IMG/VR virus record: IMGVR_UViG_3300036770_005052
Location: 80,423-144,422 of that record
Length of the DNA: 64,000 nt
Source: a virus
Reading direction: 5' to 3' (one strand)
Under the pieces are notes generated by a model. That model ran no database searches. It was not told the DNA's origin and saw nothing but the letters and a program-made list of their open reading frames with translations. The stretch's first letter is position 1. The number at the start of each line of letters is the position of its first letter. A program made the position numbers and the translations under genes. Below, in pieces: positions 19,401 to 28,240 of this stretch.

Positions 19401-19593
19401 TGGATTTGATGCATCACTAAGACATGCAGGTGTATCCGCACAAGAAGTTCAAGAAGTTCTTCCAGAAGCAGTTTGCCCTGCTCCTGCAAGCGATGAGTAT
19501 CTGACAGTTAAATATGAAAAACTTGTACCACTTCTTATTGAAGCAATTAAAGAATTAAGAGCAGAAATAAATGAGCTGAGGAGATCTAAATAG
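13465..19593 (+). CDS. Long tail fibre protein with C-terminal intramolecular chaperone (peptidase S74)
   Basis: 2042 aa. 'GAL...GGVGI.K.L.VGG' fibre repeats; C-terminal 'SDERLKTNIEPIENAVDKV..LRG..Y....GVSAQEV..VLPEAV...V.YEKLVPLLIEAIKEL'; CTAAATA late-promoter variant at 13426. Confidence 0.9.
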   Translation: MPLNKLENFIKNTEGRILYVNPNDLDSTDSITNQGNSLAQPFKTVQRALLESARFSYLRGYNNDLTEKTTILLFPGEHLIDNRPGYAIYDNDPLGAYAVPPTGGVGVPAPQTLSLELDSVFDLTDPDNILYKFNSVYGGVIVPRGTSIVGLDLRKTKIRPKYVPNPTDPSATNSAIFRITGACYFWQLSIFDGDESGLVYTNPTYSTSIYQSTPTFSHHKLTCFEYADGVNPVGSYELTDLDMYYSKLSNAYNTYRNIDAKYPSEPLGFSKKAPEWEIVGAFASDPIDITGLFSGNGTTAGARVTVTTAFEHNLNSGTPIKIRDVSEGTYNVSTKVQEVLSPTQFTYLLTSFPINLDANPSVSGATVTVETDTVSGASPYIFNCSLRSVWGMNGMHADGSKASGFRSMVVAQFTAVSLQKDDRAFVKYNNVARAYEGVTISPVSGAALSSGSSQTDAELVYHLDQNAIYRNGWETSHIKISNDSFIQIVSVFAIGFNKHFDVQSGSDASITNSNSNFGQISLNAEGFKNAAFGKDNKAFITSIIPPRNIDEFDEDIIEWLSLDVGITTAYGNDTTDTSRLYLYGFTAKDSLPVSLTQGYRVGARKNDILYLSYNGVEYNAKIYMEDPSGVGLISAEKSYSVIGSPSNNIFTLNTPLNLLTTGEKVVINSEDGDLPENITEHIPYYVIKINSTQIKLATSYTNAILDNPITVYGGTNLIIKSRVSDKNAGEYGSPLQYDDTYQNWYIKVAEDNQIYNLLNTIGVQTLTETTDLSYIKRVSDGRALDEKLYKVRVVIPKEFANAKNPESGFVLQESSSTGARNSADFSRTTISTSDYDYKKNPRFIEKCTLQDNTVTVTTELPHNLKVGDIVIIKYVTDTINTTGDQTLGYNGYFKVTTIPNIMSFQYDIVDIKGKSHSPGVFTNDVTNRTTTLPRYERNDLKSNIFIYRNQVISPYIENSQDGIYHLYLLNASNTVSTEFTNLQYSQNSVDLYPQLDRDNFDSNPESSITFAKRNPIGDIVTNDLKRSVTRETVDKLLKDFGKGLRISNVSSTSSSATITIDRDHLLGGIVGYSALTGGSGHTPGTYYNVKLYNDLALSEWNGATAKVTVSGSGSVTNAEIIANGSAYTNNSTLYFDSLKIGGSASARITVSTSGISTSIGDVVQIAGAGTTTSNQYYRITSLPATNQIAVARTSGDASIASGQYALVIGPSVKISSTSYTSNTGLLTVNSSSAHGLLAGNRFRIIDSSNNNLGDYVVNERISLTSFTAFTYKSISASNGFILKHGLSANNGVSDTRGENLGVRGIPLYANESLKLQNSITTDTVIDVLPSTVGITTIAGRFPLGSYIQIDNEIMRITTSGSETTFGVIRGSLGTRQEDHDANSIIRKIEPIAVEFRRPSILRASGHTFEYMGFGPGNYSTGLPQVQIRALTDREEFLSQAQERSCGAVIYTGMNNKGDVYSGNTKTIASSGEIISYDIPKPTVTGQDPTKLSVVFDEVTVKERLLVEGGASATVLSQFNGPLTLNGQLRVKAKATFSRQVKISNTTPSTNKFTGALIINGGVGILENINVGGIGSFSNSQDSTTIANGSIVTNGGVGIEKRLNVGGAVGFTSTTDSTSGSTGAFVITGGVGIGKNLNVSGITNAENSTDSTLISNGSLTVQGGVGIRKRLNVGGAVGFTSTTDSTSTTSGALIVTGGVGIGKTVFIGGSLNVALTRSTTLGGTLSVVGNTNLSGTLGVAAGQATDLGGTLNVDGATTLQSTLDVTGSSTFNSNTTINGILDVNSGATIDNIRIGIANDNTIDTSTGGLTLDSSSGTTTISDNTTITGTLDVSANITGSSAISATGNISAGNRLIGQLQRSVRIVGSGVDSTFNNSSDVTVTLPDKTKITVSGSTDPGISNGFRENMTATRQGDADTLMFRGINGGTSVGSGGLTCAGDIIAFASDERLKTNIEPIENAVDKVLKLRGFTYNFNEIGEELGFDASLRHAGVSAQEVQEVLPEAVCPAPASDEYLTVKYEKLVPLLIEAIKELRAEINELRRSK

Positions 19594-19615
19594 TTTTATT
19601 ATTTGATTTTATATC

Positions 19616-20314
19616 ATGTTAAAATATAATACTGCTCAGATTTTTCCAACAACAATTTATGTTGGAGATATGGAAAATCACGAAAAATATAAAGAAGAAT
19701 TTTATAAATTATATCATAAATTTGATTACGAAGTTACGTCAGAAAATAATACTGTTAGTGAGGAATGTGGTAATCCATTAATTCATTTAGAAGAAAGTTT
19801 AGAACCACTTTTTTCTGAGGTAACTTCTCATGTAAAAAATTATATTCATAACGTTTTAAATTTAAGGGATTTATTTGATGTAACAATAACTAAAACATGG
19901 CTATCAAGAGCTAGAGAAATTAAAGATGAAATACCTTGGCATATACATTCAACAAGTCATATTTCTTTTACATATTACTTAAATACCCCTACAAATTCAC
20001 ATACAATAACTTTTTCTAATCAACATGAGCCAAATAGCTTATTTTTGGGTATGTCAAAATTTAATGAGGAAAAAGAAAAAAGATTTGTAGATTTTTATAA
20101 TGAAAATAATGCAACGACATTTTTTATTACCCCCGAAGAAGGAAAGATTGTTTTATTTCCAAGTAAACTAGTACATTCAACAAAATCCAAATCCGAAGAA
20201 TTTAGTGGAGAAAGATTAGCAATAGTTGGAGATATTTCATTAATACTGAGAGAAGAGTATCTTTCATTTTCTATGGGGTATGTAAATGAAAAATATTGGA
20301 AAAAATTCAAATGA
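19616..20314 (+). CDS. Putative 2OG-Fe(II) oxygenase (TIGR02466-like)
   Basis: 'WHIHSTSHISFTYYL...PEEGKIVLFPSKLVHS...ERLAI' motifs. Confidence 0.75.
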   Translation: MLKYNTAQIFPTTIYVGDMENHEKYKEEFYKLYHKFDYEVTSENNTVSEECGNPLIHLEESLEPLFSEVTSHVKNYIHNVLNLRDLFDVTITKTWLSRAREIKDEIPWHIHSTSHISFTYYLNTPTNSHTITFSNQHEPNSLFLGMSKFNEEKEKRFVDFYNENNATTFFITPEEGKIVLFPSKLVHSTKSKSEEFSGERLAIVGDISLILREEYLSFSMGYVNEKYWKKFK

Positions 20315-20317
20315 AAA

Positions 20318-20324
20318 ATAAATA
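20318..20324 (+). promoter_or_regulatory. T4-type late promoter
   Basis: ATAAATA upstream of 20347. Confidence 0.55.
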
Positions 20325-20346
20325 ATAAAAAACTCATAATAAACCA

Positions 20347-21345
20347 ATGGCATTACAATCTACTGGACAAATTTCTTTCAGTGATATAAGTAAAGAATTT
20401 GGAACACCTACTAGAAGAAACCTTGGTGCTTATAGAGTTAGTGAAAATTATGGGTCTCTAACAAATCTTCCTCTTGCAGAAGGAATACCTCAAAGTGGTG
20501 AAATAAAATTTAGTGATTTTTATAACAAAAGACTTAACATTGTTATCGTATTTGGAGGAGGGAGTCGCCTTACTGCAAGAACATATTATAATGCAAATGC
20601 TGTTAATGTTGTTGGAAAATTTAGAACAAGACCATCAAGCAGTTCTGGCTGTAGAATTTTAATAAATTTGGCATCCGGAACTTATTCATCAATTAATTGG
20701 AGTAGAAATTATTGTGCATTTAAGACAGGTGGATGGGATACTGATACAACGTTAAGATTAATCATTGCTTCGGGAGCTGGTGTCTATGGTTCTGGTGGTG
20801 ATGGGGGTAGAGGACAGTTTAGTGTATCCGATGGTGGGGATGGTTCTAGTGCATTGGGAATAGAGTATCCAACTACAATAATTAATGATGGATATGTTCA
20901 ATGTGGCTATGGTGGTGGAGGAGGAGGTGGATTTGGAACTTCCGACCCAGATAAAAATACAAGAGACTTTGGGGCACCGGGTGGTGGTGGAGGAGGAGGT
21001 GCAGGAATTCCTGCTGGGCGAGGTGGCTCGGCAGGTGGTGGTGGATATAATACTAATGGGGCAAGCAGAGGAAATAGTGCAACACAAACTATTGGTGGAT
21101 CAGGTGGTGGGGGAGGAAGCGGAGGCGGAGCAAGTGGAGGTCGTGGTGGTGATGGTGGAGGGACAAATAATGGAGGAGGTCAAGGAGGTAATCGTGGAGA
21201 TGGAAATATAACTGGAGGTGAAGGAAGAGCTGGTCAAGCAGGAGCAAATGGATATGGAATTATTATTGGACCTAGTGGTTCTATAGTTTCTTTAACTGGC
21301 GCCGGAACAGTTTTAGGTGGTCAAACTAACGGCACAGTTCTATAA
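20347..21345 (+). CDS. Glycine-rich fibre-tip/adhesin protein (gp38-like polyglycine motifs)
   Basis: N-terminal 'MALQSTGQISFSDI..EFG'; multiple GGGGGG runs separated by short loops; follows the S74-chaperone fibre. Confidence 0.65.
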   Translation: MALQSTGQISFSDISKEFGTPTRRNLGAYRVSENYGSLTNLPLAEGIPQSGEIKFSDFYNKRLNIVIVFGGGSRLTARTYYNANAVNVVGKFRTRPSSSSGCRILINLASGTYSSINWSRNYCAFKTGGWDTDTTLRLIIASGAGVYGSGGDGGRGQFSVSDGGDGSSALGIEYPTTIINDGYVQCGYGGGGGGGFGTSDPDKNTRDFGAPGGGGGGGAGIPAGRGGSAGGGGYNTNGASRGNSATQTIGGSGGGGGSGGGASGGRGGDGGGTNNGGGQGGNRGDGNITGGEGRAGQAGANGYGIIIGPSGSIVSLTGAGTVLGGQTNGTVL

Positions 21346-21351
21346 TAAATA
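21345..21351 (+). promoter_or_regulatory. T4-type late promoter
   Basis: ATAAATA immediately upstream of the oxygenase gene. Confidence 0.55.
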
Positions 21352-21360
21352 TTTTTTTTA

Positions 21361-21942
21361 TTGATCAATATGAGAAATCATGATAATTTTTTAGGAATAT
21401 ATGAAAACTGCTTTGATAGTGAATACTGCAAAAAATTTATAGAGCATATAGATTTGCTAGAAGAACGTAGTATTGTTTTACCGACGCCAGAATTAAATCA
21501 TAGAGTTGATGACCATGGTGTATTTTTTTCTCATGATTATAATTTAAAATCATGGAGTTGGTTGGGTGAATCATTTTTACCAAAAATTCAACATCATGTT
21601 CAAAATTATATGGAAAAATATTCAATTTTGATGAAAAGTCGCTTTTTAATGCACGATATAAAAGCAAAAAAAATAGATTGTGGTGGAGGATTTCATGAAT
21701 GGCATTATGAAAACAGTTGTTTTGCCGCATTAAATCGAATTTTAGTTGTACAATTATATCTTAATACAATTGAAGAGGGTGGAGAAACAGAATTTTTATA
21801 TTTAAATAAAAGAGTAAATGCCGAAGAAGGAAAAATATTGATATTTCCTGCAGGGTTTACGCACACTCATAGAGGCAATCCACCAATAAATCAAACTAAA
21901 TACATAGTTACGACATGGGTACTGTTGCAGGAGGATAAATGA
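21361..21942 (+). CDS. 2OG-Fe(II) oxygenase, prolyl-4-hydroxylase-like
   Basis: 'GGGFHEWHYE...YLNTIEEGGETEF...IFPAGFTHTHRGNPP...KYIVTTW'; the true start may be the ATG at 21370. Confidence 0.85.
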   Translation: MINMRNHDNFLGIYENCFDSEYCKKFIEHIDLLEERSIVLPTPELNHRVDDHGVFFSHDYNLKSWSWLGESFLPKIQHHVQNYMEKYSILMKSRFLMHDIKAKKIDCGGGFHEWHYENSCFAALNRILVVQLYLNTIEEGGETEFLYLNKRVNAEEGKILIFPAGFTHTHRGNPPINQTKYIVTTWVLLQEDK

Positions 21943-22286
21943 ATTTAATTTTTAAAATTGTAGAATATCTTGAAGAAACAGATCAAATTATTATTAAATT
22001 TAGCAGACAAAATTCACCAAAGCCAATAGATGAATATCCTCCAGTAGCAATTGATTGTTGTAATATTGATCAAAGTGATTATCACCAATTTGTATGTTCA
22101 ATTATGAGATATGGTATTGATATTGTTTTGAAACAAGAAGAAGAAGAACCCACTCTTCTAGAAAATGTCCCATCCGAACTTTTAGAATCTACAAATGCTA
22201 AAGATCATGTTAATCGTATTATTTCGTTAAGTGCAATGGAATTGGTGGCATCTTCATATAGAATGAATAAAATTAAATTAGATTAA
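21939..22286 (+). CDS. Hypothetical protein
   Basis: 115-aa ORF coupled to the oxygenase. Confidence 0.6.
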   Translation: MNLIFKIVEYLEETDQIIIKFSRQNSPKPIDEYPPVAIDCCNIDQSDYHQFVCSIMRYGIDIVLKQEEEEPTLLENVPSELLESTNAKDHVNRIISLSAMELVASSYRMNKIKLD

Positions 22287-22298
22287 AATAAAAAAATT

Positions 22299-22910
22299 TT
22301 GAATGTGATAAAAAAATTTTCTGGTAAAGATACGAATATTATTGTTACCAGGTATGACGAAGGTTTATCTTGGATTAAACCTTATCTTGAGTATTCGATT
22401 ATTTACAATAAGGGTAAAGATGATCTCAAATATCCATCATTTAAATTGCCTAATATTGGTTTAGAGCATCATAGTTGGGTTTATCATATTGTAAATCATT
22501 ATGATAATTTACCGAATTATCTAATTTTTTTGCAAGGAAGTCCACATTATCATTTTATAGGTAATGTGGAAAGATTTTTGGATAGATTTTTAGATTTGGA
22601 TAGAAGAAAAAATATTCAAACAGAAGACTTTGAATATATACCTCTCACAGACTGGTACACAACAGAACCCATAAATTACACAGAGGTAGTTGAAACTTAT
22701 CAAGAACTTTTTGGCACAATTCCCCACTTTAAACATATTGAGTATGCAACTTGTGGACAGTTTTGCATATCTTCGAATAGAATTAAACATTATCCAAAAA
22801 GTTTTTATGAAAAATACTTAGCCATCTTTGAAAGAAAAAATAATATTGATTACGCATATACTGCGGAGAGAATGTGGTCTTTATTTTACTCTCAAAAATA
22901 TCTTAAATAA
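22299..22910 (+). CDS. DUF3431-like protein (possible glycosyltransferase-related fold)
   Basis: 'IVTRYDEGLSW...IYNKG...LPNIGLEHHSW..HI..HYDNLP...IFLQG.P...GQF.IS...I...P..FY....ERMW' pattern. Confidence 0.7.
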   Translation: MNVIKKFSGKDTNIIVTRYDEGLSWIKPYLEYSIIYNKGKDDLKYPSFKLPNIGLEHHSWVYHIVNHYDNLPNYLIFLQGSPHYHFIGNVERFLDRFLDLDRRKNIQTEDFEYIPLTDWYTTEPINYTEVVETYQELFGTIPHFKHIEYATCGQFCISSNRIKHYPKSFYEKYLAIFERKNNIDYAYTAERMWSLFYSQKYLK

Positions 22911-22913
22911 ATA
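22907..22913 (+). promoter_or_regulatory. T4-type late promoter
   Basis: ATAAATA 19 nt upstream of ORF 22933. Confidence 0.6.
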
Positions 22914-22932
22914 GTTCTAAAACCAATATAAA

Positions 22933-25191
22933 ATGGCAAATTATACAAAGTCATTTAATTTTAGAAATGGTGTTCAGGTTGATGACACCAACTTTATAGT
23001 AAATGCCAATGGATTGGTTGGAATTGGAACCAGCATTCCAAGAGAAATTTTAGATGTTCATGGAAATACTAAGATCGTTGGTCTACTTTCTGCGACTCGT
23101 ATTTACACTGAAGATATTAACGTATTAAGAAGTGGTTCTAATAGTTTAACCGTAGGTATTGTATCAATTTCTTCTGGAATTATAACAGCAACTTCTGGAA
23201 TAATTACATATTATGGTGATGGTGGAAATTTAATTAACTTACCAACGTCACAATGGATAGATGTTGATAGTGGATTTGGTTATACTAGCATATATGCATC
23301 AGGAAATGTTGGTATAGCAACAACATTTCCAAATTATACCTTGCAAATTGGAGGAAATCCTTCAATTCATAATGGTATCGGAATTAATTCAAGAGGATCA
23401 ATAGTAGCAACTGGTATTGTAACTGCAAATAAATTTGTTGGAATAGGATCAGATTTAACTTTATTAGATGCATCCAACATTTCTTCTGGAACTTTAAGCA
23501 ACTCCAGATTGCCATCAATTATCAGTGTAGGTGGTAGTATAAGTGCAGGAACTGGAATATATGGCGACACATTAAATATTGCTGGTAATATTACTGCAAA
23601 TGATATTAGTGCAGATGGTAATTTACTTACAAATTTAAACGCTACTAGTATTTCTTCTGGAACTCTAAACAACTCCAGATTGCCATCAGATATTACTGTT
23701 TCTGGCACAATTACTGCAGCATCTCTTAGTGGATCTGGAACTAATATAACAGCAATTAATGCGAGTAATATTTCATCTGGAACTTTAAATAATTCAAGAT
23801 TACCATCTAATATTAATATTTCGGGAATTATTACTGCAACTAGAATTAATGGAAGTACATTAACATTATCACAAAATATTAATGCACCTAGTGGTATTGT
23901 AACTGCAAATAAATTTATTGGAATAGGATCAGAATTAACTTTATTAGATGCATCCAACATTTCTTCTGGAACTCTAAACAACTCCAGATTGCCATCAGAT
24001 ATTAGTGTTTCTGGGACTATAACAGCATCTAATGGATTTGCTGGAAATATTGCTGGAAATGTAACCGGAAACGTTATTGGTGATTTAACTGGAACGGCAT
24101 CTTTAGCTAATAATCTTACTGGTTCTCCAGCTATTGTAGTAAGTAATATTAATAGCAATTTTTCTAATTTGGGTGTTTCTACATTAACAAGTGCTTATGT
24201 TCAAAATAGTATTGGAGTTGGTACACTTTCTCCAAATGCAACTGTTCATATTAGAAAAACATCAAGTCCAACATCACTTCAAATAACTAGTGATGCCGAT
24301 GAATCCTACATTACAATAGGAAGTTCAGAATCTAGATTGGGAAGTAATGGTGAAATTAAATATGGAAACATAAGTGGAATATATCCATATAGTTCTTCAA
24401 AAACCTTAGATATTATAAACTATTCTTTAGGAAATATCAATCAATATTTACATTTAGGAACACTACCAGGAATTGGAACTGGAAACTTTAATTGGATTTA
24501 TGGTCAAACCAACAATATTTTGTTGACACTGACCTATGAAGGTAAAATGGGAATTGGTGTCACAGATCCAATCAATACATTTGAAGTTGTTGGCACTTCA
24601 ACAGTGACTAATAACTCATACGTTGGAAATGATTTTTCAGTAAGTGGAAATGCAACAATTGGTGGAAATTTAACAATCAATGGTTCTTTATCTTCTCAAG
24701 GAGCTATAAATTCGGATGTTGCAGGAACCCTTACTGGAAATGTTAATTCCACTAGTGGAATTTCTACATTTAATGATGTAAATACAATTTCTTTAAATGT
24801 AACTAATTATGTTGGAATAGGAACTACTACCGATGGTGGAACACCTTTAAAAATAAACAAAGGTGTTAATGCAAGATCATTTATAGTATCTACAGATGGT
24901 TCAATAGGAATACAAACAAGTGAAATTCAAGACAATACAATTTTAACTGCAATTAGTGGTTCTTCTGTATTTTTATCAGTTGGTGTTGGTACAACTGCTT
25001 TACGTTCATCTGCAGATTTTGCAAATGCTGGTGGACCTGCGGGTATTAATTATAATTTTATGATTCTTCCAAAAGTTACTACAACTGAAAGAGATAATTT
25101 CACAGGTGTAACTAATGGATCAATAATTTATAATACCACGACCAATAAATTCCAAGGATATGCTGCTGGTTCTTGGATTGATCTTCATTAG
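22933..25191 (+). CDS. Tail fibre/baseplate-associated structural protein
   Basis: 'VGIGT..P' repeats, four '(D/N)A..ISSGTL.NSRLPS' repeats, C-terminal 'G.IIYNTTTNKFQGY....W..L' motif. Confidence 0.75.
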   Translation: MANYTKSFNFRNGVQVDDTNFIVNANGLVGIGTSIPREILDVHGNTKIVGLLSATRIYTEDINVLRSGSNSLTVGIVSISSGIITATSGIITYYGDGGNLINLPTSQWIDVDSGFGYTSIYASGNVGIATTFPNYTLQIGGNPSIHNGIGINSRGSIVATGIVTANKFVGIGSDLTLLDASNISSGTLSNSRLPSIISVGGSISAGTGIYGDTLNIAGNITANDISADGNLLTNLNATSISSGTLNNSRLPSDITVSGTITAASLSGSGTNITAINASNISSGTLNNSRLPSNINISGIITATRINGSTLTLSQNINAPSGIVTANKFIGIGSELTLLDASNISSGTLNNSRLPSDISVSGTITASNGFAGNIAGNVTGNVIGDLTGTASLANNLTGSPAIVVSNINSNFSNLGVSTLTSAYVQNSIGVGTLSPNATVHIRKTSSPTSLQITSDADESYITIGSSESRLGSNGEIKYGNISGIYPYSSSKTLDIINYSLGNINQYLHLGTLPGIGTGNFNWIYGQTNNILLTLTYEGKMGIGVTDPINTFEVVGTSTVTNNSYVGNDFSVSGNATIGGNLTINGSLSSQGAINSDVAGTLTGNVNSTSGISTFNDVNTISLNVTNYVGIGTTTDGGTPLKINKGVNARSFIVSTDGSIGIQTSEIQDNTILTAISGSSVFLSVGVGTTALRSSADFANAGGPAGINYNFMILPKVTTTERDNFTGVTNGSIIYNTTTNKFQGYAAGSWIDLH

Positions 25192-25194
25192 TAC

Positions 25195-25223
25195 TTGACA
25201 TAAGATTAAAAACCATATAGACT
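25195..25223 (+). promoter_or_regulatory. Sigma70-type promoter
   Basis: TTGACA (25195-200), 17 nt, TAGACT (25218-23). Confidence 0.6.
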
Positions 25224-25263
25224 ACCTTTGTCCTGGTTGAAGATAAGACTTAGCTTTCTTTAA

Positions 25264-25320
25264 GACACTTTAGAAACCGTCCACTACAACCCCGTCAAGG
25301 GGATTTTTTATTGCTATAAT
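25264..25320 (+). repeat. Palindrome-hairpin-(-10) intergenic element, copy 1
   Basis: GACACTT-TAGA-AACCGTCCAC...CCCC-GTCAA-GGGG...TGCTATAAT. Confidence 0.75.
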
Positions 25321-25343
25321 ATCAAGACAGTCAACCAAACATC

Positions 25344-26576
25344 ATGTTTCAACTTCGTCCCCACCAACAACGTGGTCTTGATGCCATGATCAAACATCTT
25401 AAAGGTCAATTGGTCATGCCCACGGGTTCTGGTAAGACTCCTACGATGATCTTTGATGCTAAAAATCAATTTGACAATCATTACGGAGAAACTCTGATCG
25501 TTGTAGTTGCTCCGCGTATTCTACTTTCTGAACAACTTTCTAGTGAGTTTCTTGAGTTTATCGATAATGCTTCCGTGATGCATGTTCACACTGGTGAAAC
25601 CCATCATTATAGTAGTACTAGTCCAAGTGCAATTCGTTCCTGGGTAGATAACACCAGGGGACATAAGATTATTTTTACAACTTATAATTCTCTTTGCCGT
25701 ATTCAAAAGGCAGACATTCATGTGAATACGATTTACTTTGATGAAGCACATAATAGTGTTAAGAAGTCATTCTTTGAGTCAACTGAATATTTTTCAGGGA
25801 ATGCAGATCGTTGTTATTTCTTCACTGCTACACCAAAACACAGTGCAACGATTTCTAAACCTGGAATGAATGATTCTAGGGTTTATGGGCAGGTGATCTG
25901 TAATGTTTCTGCACCAGAGTTGGTTGATGCTGGATTTATTCTTCCAGCTAAAGTTTCAGTTCAAAAAATTGATCTGGTGCGTGATAAAGATTATGGTGCT
26001 GAGCGTGACTGTATGACTCTTCTTGACACGATTATCAATGAAGATCATATGGATAAAGTTTTGGTTGCGGCGCCGAATACTAAGGTTTTGATGCGTATGC
26101 TTGCGGAAACTGAATTCATGACCGAAATTCAGTCTTATGGCTATGATGTGATGTGGATTACTGCAAAGTACGGTGCATTCATCAATAACAAAAAGGTTTC
26201 GCGTGAGGTATTCTTCGATACCTTGACTGCATGGGGTAAAGATTCTGATAAAAAATTCATAATTCTTCACTACAGCATTCTGTCAGAAGGGATCAACTGC
26301 CCTGGGTTGACATCCTGCATCATGATGCGTAATATGGATGTGATCCAGATGTGTCAGACCATTGGTAGAGTGATTCGCCTGCATCCAAACGATTCCAAGC
26401 GCATTCAAGCTGGAGAGATCGCCTCAGGGGATCTTCAGAGCTACTCCAAGGCATTTGGAATGATTCATGTACCAGTTTATGCTAATACTGGTATTGCCAC
26501 CGCTAAGCGCCTTCAGAGCGTCGTTGACACTGTTTTTACACAGGGTCAACCTGCAATTTCTACAATCAAACTCTAA
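25344..26576 (+). CDS. SF2 DEAH-box helicase (ResIII-like)
   Basis: Q motif LRPHQ, Walker A PTGSGKT, DEAH, TAT, LSEGIN, QTIGRVIR. Confidence 0.9.
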   Translation: MFQLRPHQQRGLDAMIKHLKGQLVMPTGSGKTPTMIFDAKNQFDNHYGETLIVVVAPRILLSEQLSSEFLEFIDNASVMHVHTGETHHYSSTSPSAIRSWVDNTRGHKIIFTTYNSLCRIQKADIHVNTIYFDEAHNSVKKSFFESTEYFSGNADRCYFFTATPKHSATISKPGMNDSRVYGQVICNVSAPELVDAGFILPAKVSVQKIDLVRDKDYGAERDCMTLLDTIINEDHMDKVLVAAPNTKVLMRMLAETEFMTEIQSYGYDVMWITAKYGAFINNKKVSREVFFDTLTAWGKDSDKKFIILHYSILSEGINCPGLTSCIMMRNMDVIQMCQTIGRVIRLHPNDSKRIQAGEIASGDLQSYSKAFGMIHVPVYANTGIATAKRLQSVVDTVFTQGQPAISTIKL

Positions 26577-26597
26577 TTTTTAACAGGAGATCTTATT

Positions 26598-26741
26598 ATG
26601 TTTTGTGAAGTTAAGCTTTACGTTGCTGGTAAAATTTTTTACGAAACTGTGATTGCTCGCGACTATGCGGAAGCCAGGCTTGTTGCAAAAACACGCAATC
26701 CAAATGCTACAATTATGGGTGTAACTGCTGTGGTTCGATGA
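26598..26741 (+). CDS. Small conserved cyanophage-type protein (not in ORF track)
   Basis: MFCEVKLYVAGKIFYETVIARDYAEARLVAKTRNPNATIMGVTAVVR; AGGAG RBS; ATGA overlap with the next ORF. Confidence 0.7.
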   Translation: MFCEVKLYVAGKIFYETVIARDYAEARLVAKTRNPNATIMGVTAVVR

Positions 26742-28240
26742 ACATTCAAAATGAAGGTATTTTAGATCCTGTTCCTGGTGAACCTAATGGGTTTGTCTCA
26801 AAAAATGGAGAATGGGCGGCAATTCCTTGGGGAAAGAAGTTCATTATTGTTTATAAGGGGCAACAAGTTCACACTGCAAAAAACTACAATTCTGCTAAAT
26901 CTTACATTCAAAAGTCCACAAAAGGTTCATCGGTTTCAACTTTGGATCAATTTTTGTCCGAGTAAATACACATAATGCTTTAATTCAATGACACCTTCCT
27001 ACTACTTTTGGTTTTTTGCCTTTGCTGTAATTGCTTACTTTATTGTGACCGATAATAGTGTTGCAATTGCAGTGAATCTTATTTCTAAATTAGTAGGAAT
27101 TTGGTTTGAAAAGAAAAAATGGTGGTTGCTTCACAATCCTCGTAATCCTGTGATAAAATATCTAATGTGGCGTCATGCTCTGAAACTTGCCAAAGAAATT
27201 GAAAAGGAATTTAAACAATGAAACCTAACTTTCGCAAAGTATTGGAGATGGCACTTGAAGAAGGTGTCCGTTATGGTTATTCTCGTGCTCATAAACACGT
27301 AGAAAATCCAACAGAAGGTGCTATTATTGATAATATTGTGGAGCAAGTTATGAATTCTTTGTATGAGTGGTTTGATTTTGAGGATAATAATGAACCTAAT
27401 TAATTTTAAACATCGTAAAACATTAATTAAATATAATCATCGTGAAGATTTTGGACACGATTGGTACGTTCAAATTTTAAATATCAAACGATGGAGTTTA
27501 CTCCAAGTATCTGTAAGTTGGAATGATTATCCATCTTGGCCTTATCTGCAGATCAAATCTGGAACTGGTGATGTTCTAGATTTTTTGTTCTGGGTTTATA
27601 AGTTTGGAATTGATGTGACTCTGATTGGTAGAACTTGGAGTTGGGACTATTTGGATGAAATAGATGAAGAAGGAGAAGATAATGAAGGAATTTCCCGATA
27701 AACTTAATTTGGATATAATGTGGACGGTGGCAACATCGTCCAGTATTGAAACTGGCACAAGACCCCAATACGGGTTTGCCAAACTGCTGTATGATTACCT
27801 CACAGACAACGATCCCTATGGACTCTGTAATGACTTTAAAAGAAAAGAAAGCACTCCTGAAGAAACTTGAAACTGCCTACAACACGTGTTTTGATTGTGG
27901 GAAGAAGTATGGAGTATATTCTGTAGGATGCTCCTCTGTTTATGAGTCAAAGTGTGGTGTGTGCGATGAAATCAAACCCATTACTGAAACTAGGGATTTT
28001 GCTTACTTTATTACTGGTATTCGCAAACTGAAACTTGAGATCCAAAATGAGAAAAGTAACCGTAAAACCGAAAAGCAAAAAGGCGAAGAACAGACTCTGC
28101 AATGTGATGGGTAATAATCCCATTTGCATTGTAGAGCAAGACAAAGGAGATGGTATGTTGTTTCTCGCATCAGAGAATCAAAAATACTTTTTCTGGGTAA
28201 ACATCAACGACTTTTGGGAATGTGATTGGGAGGTTATTTA

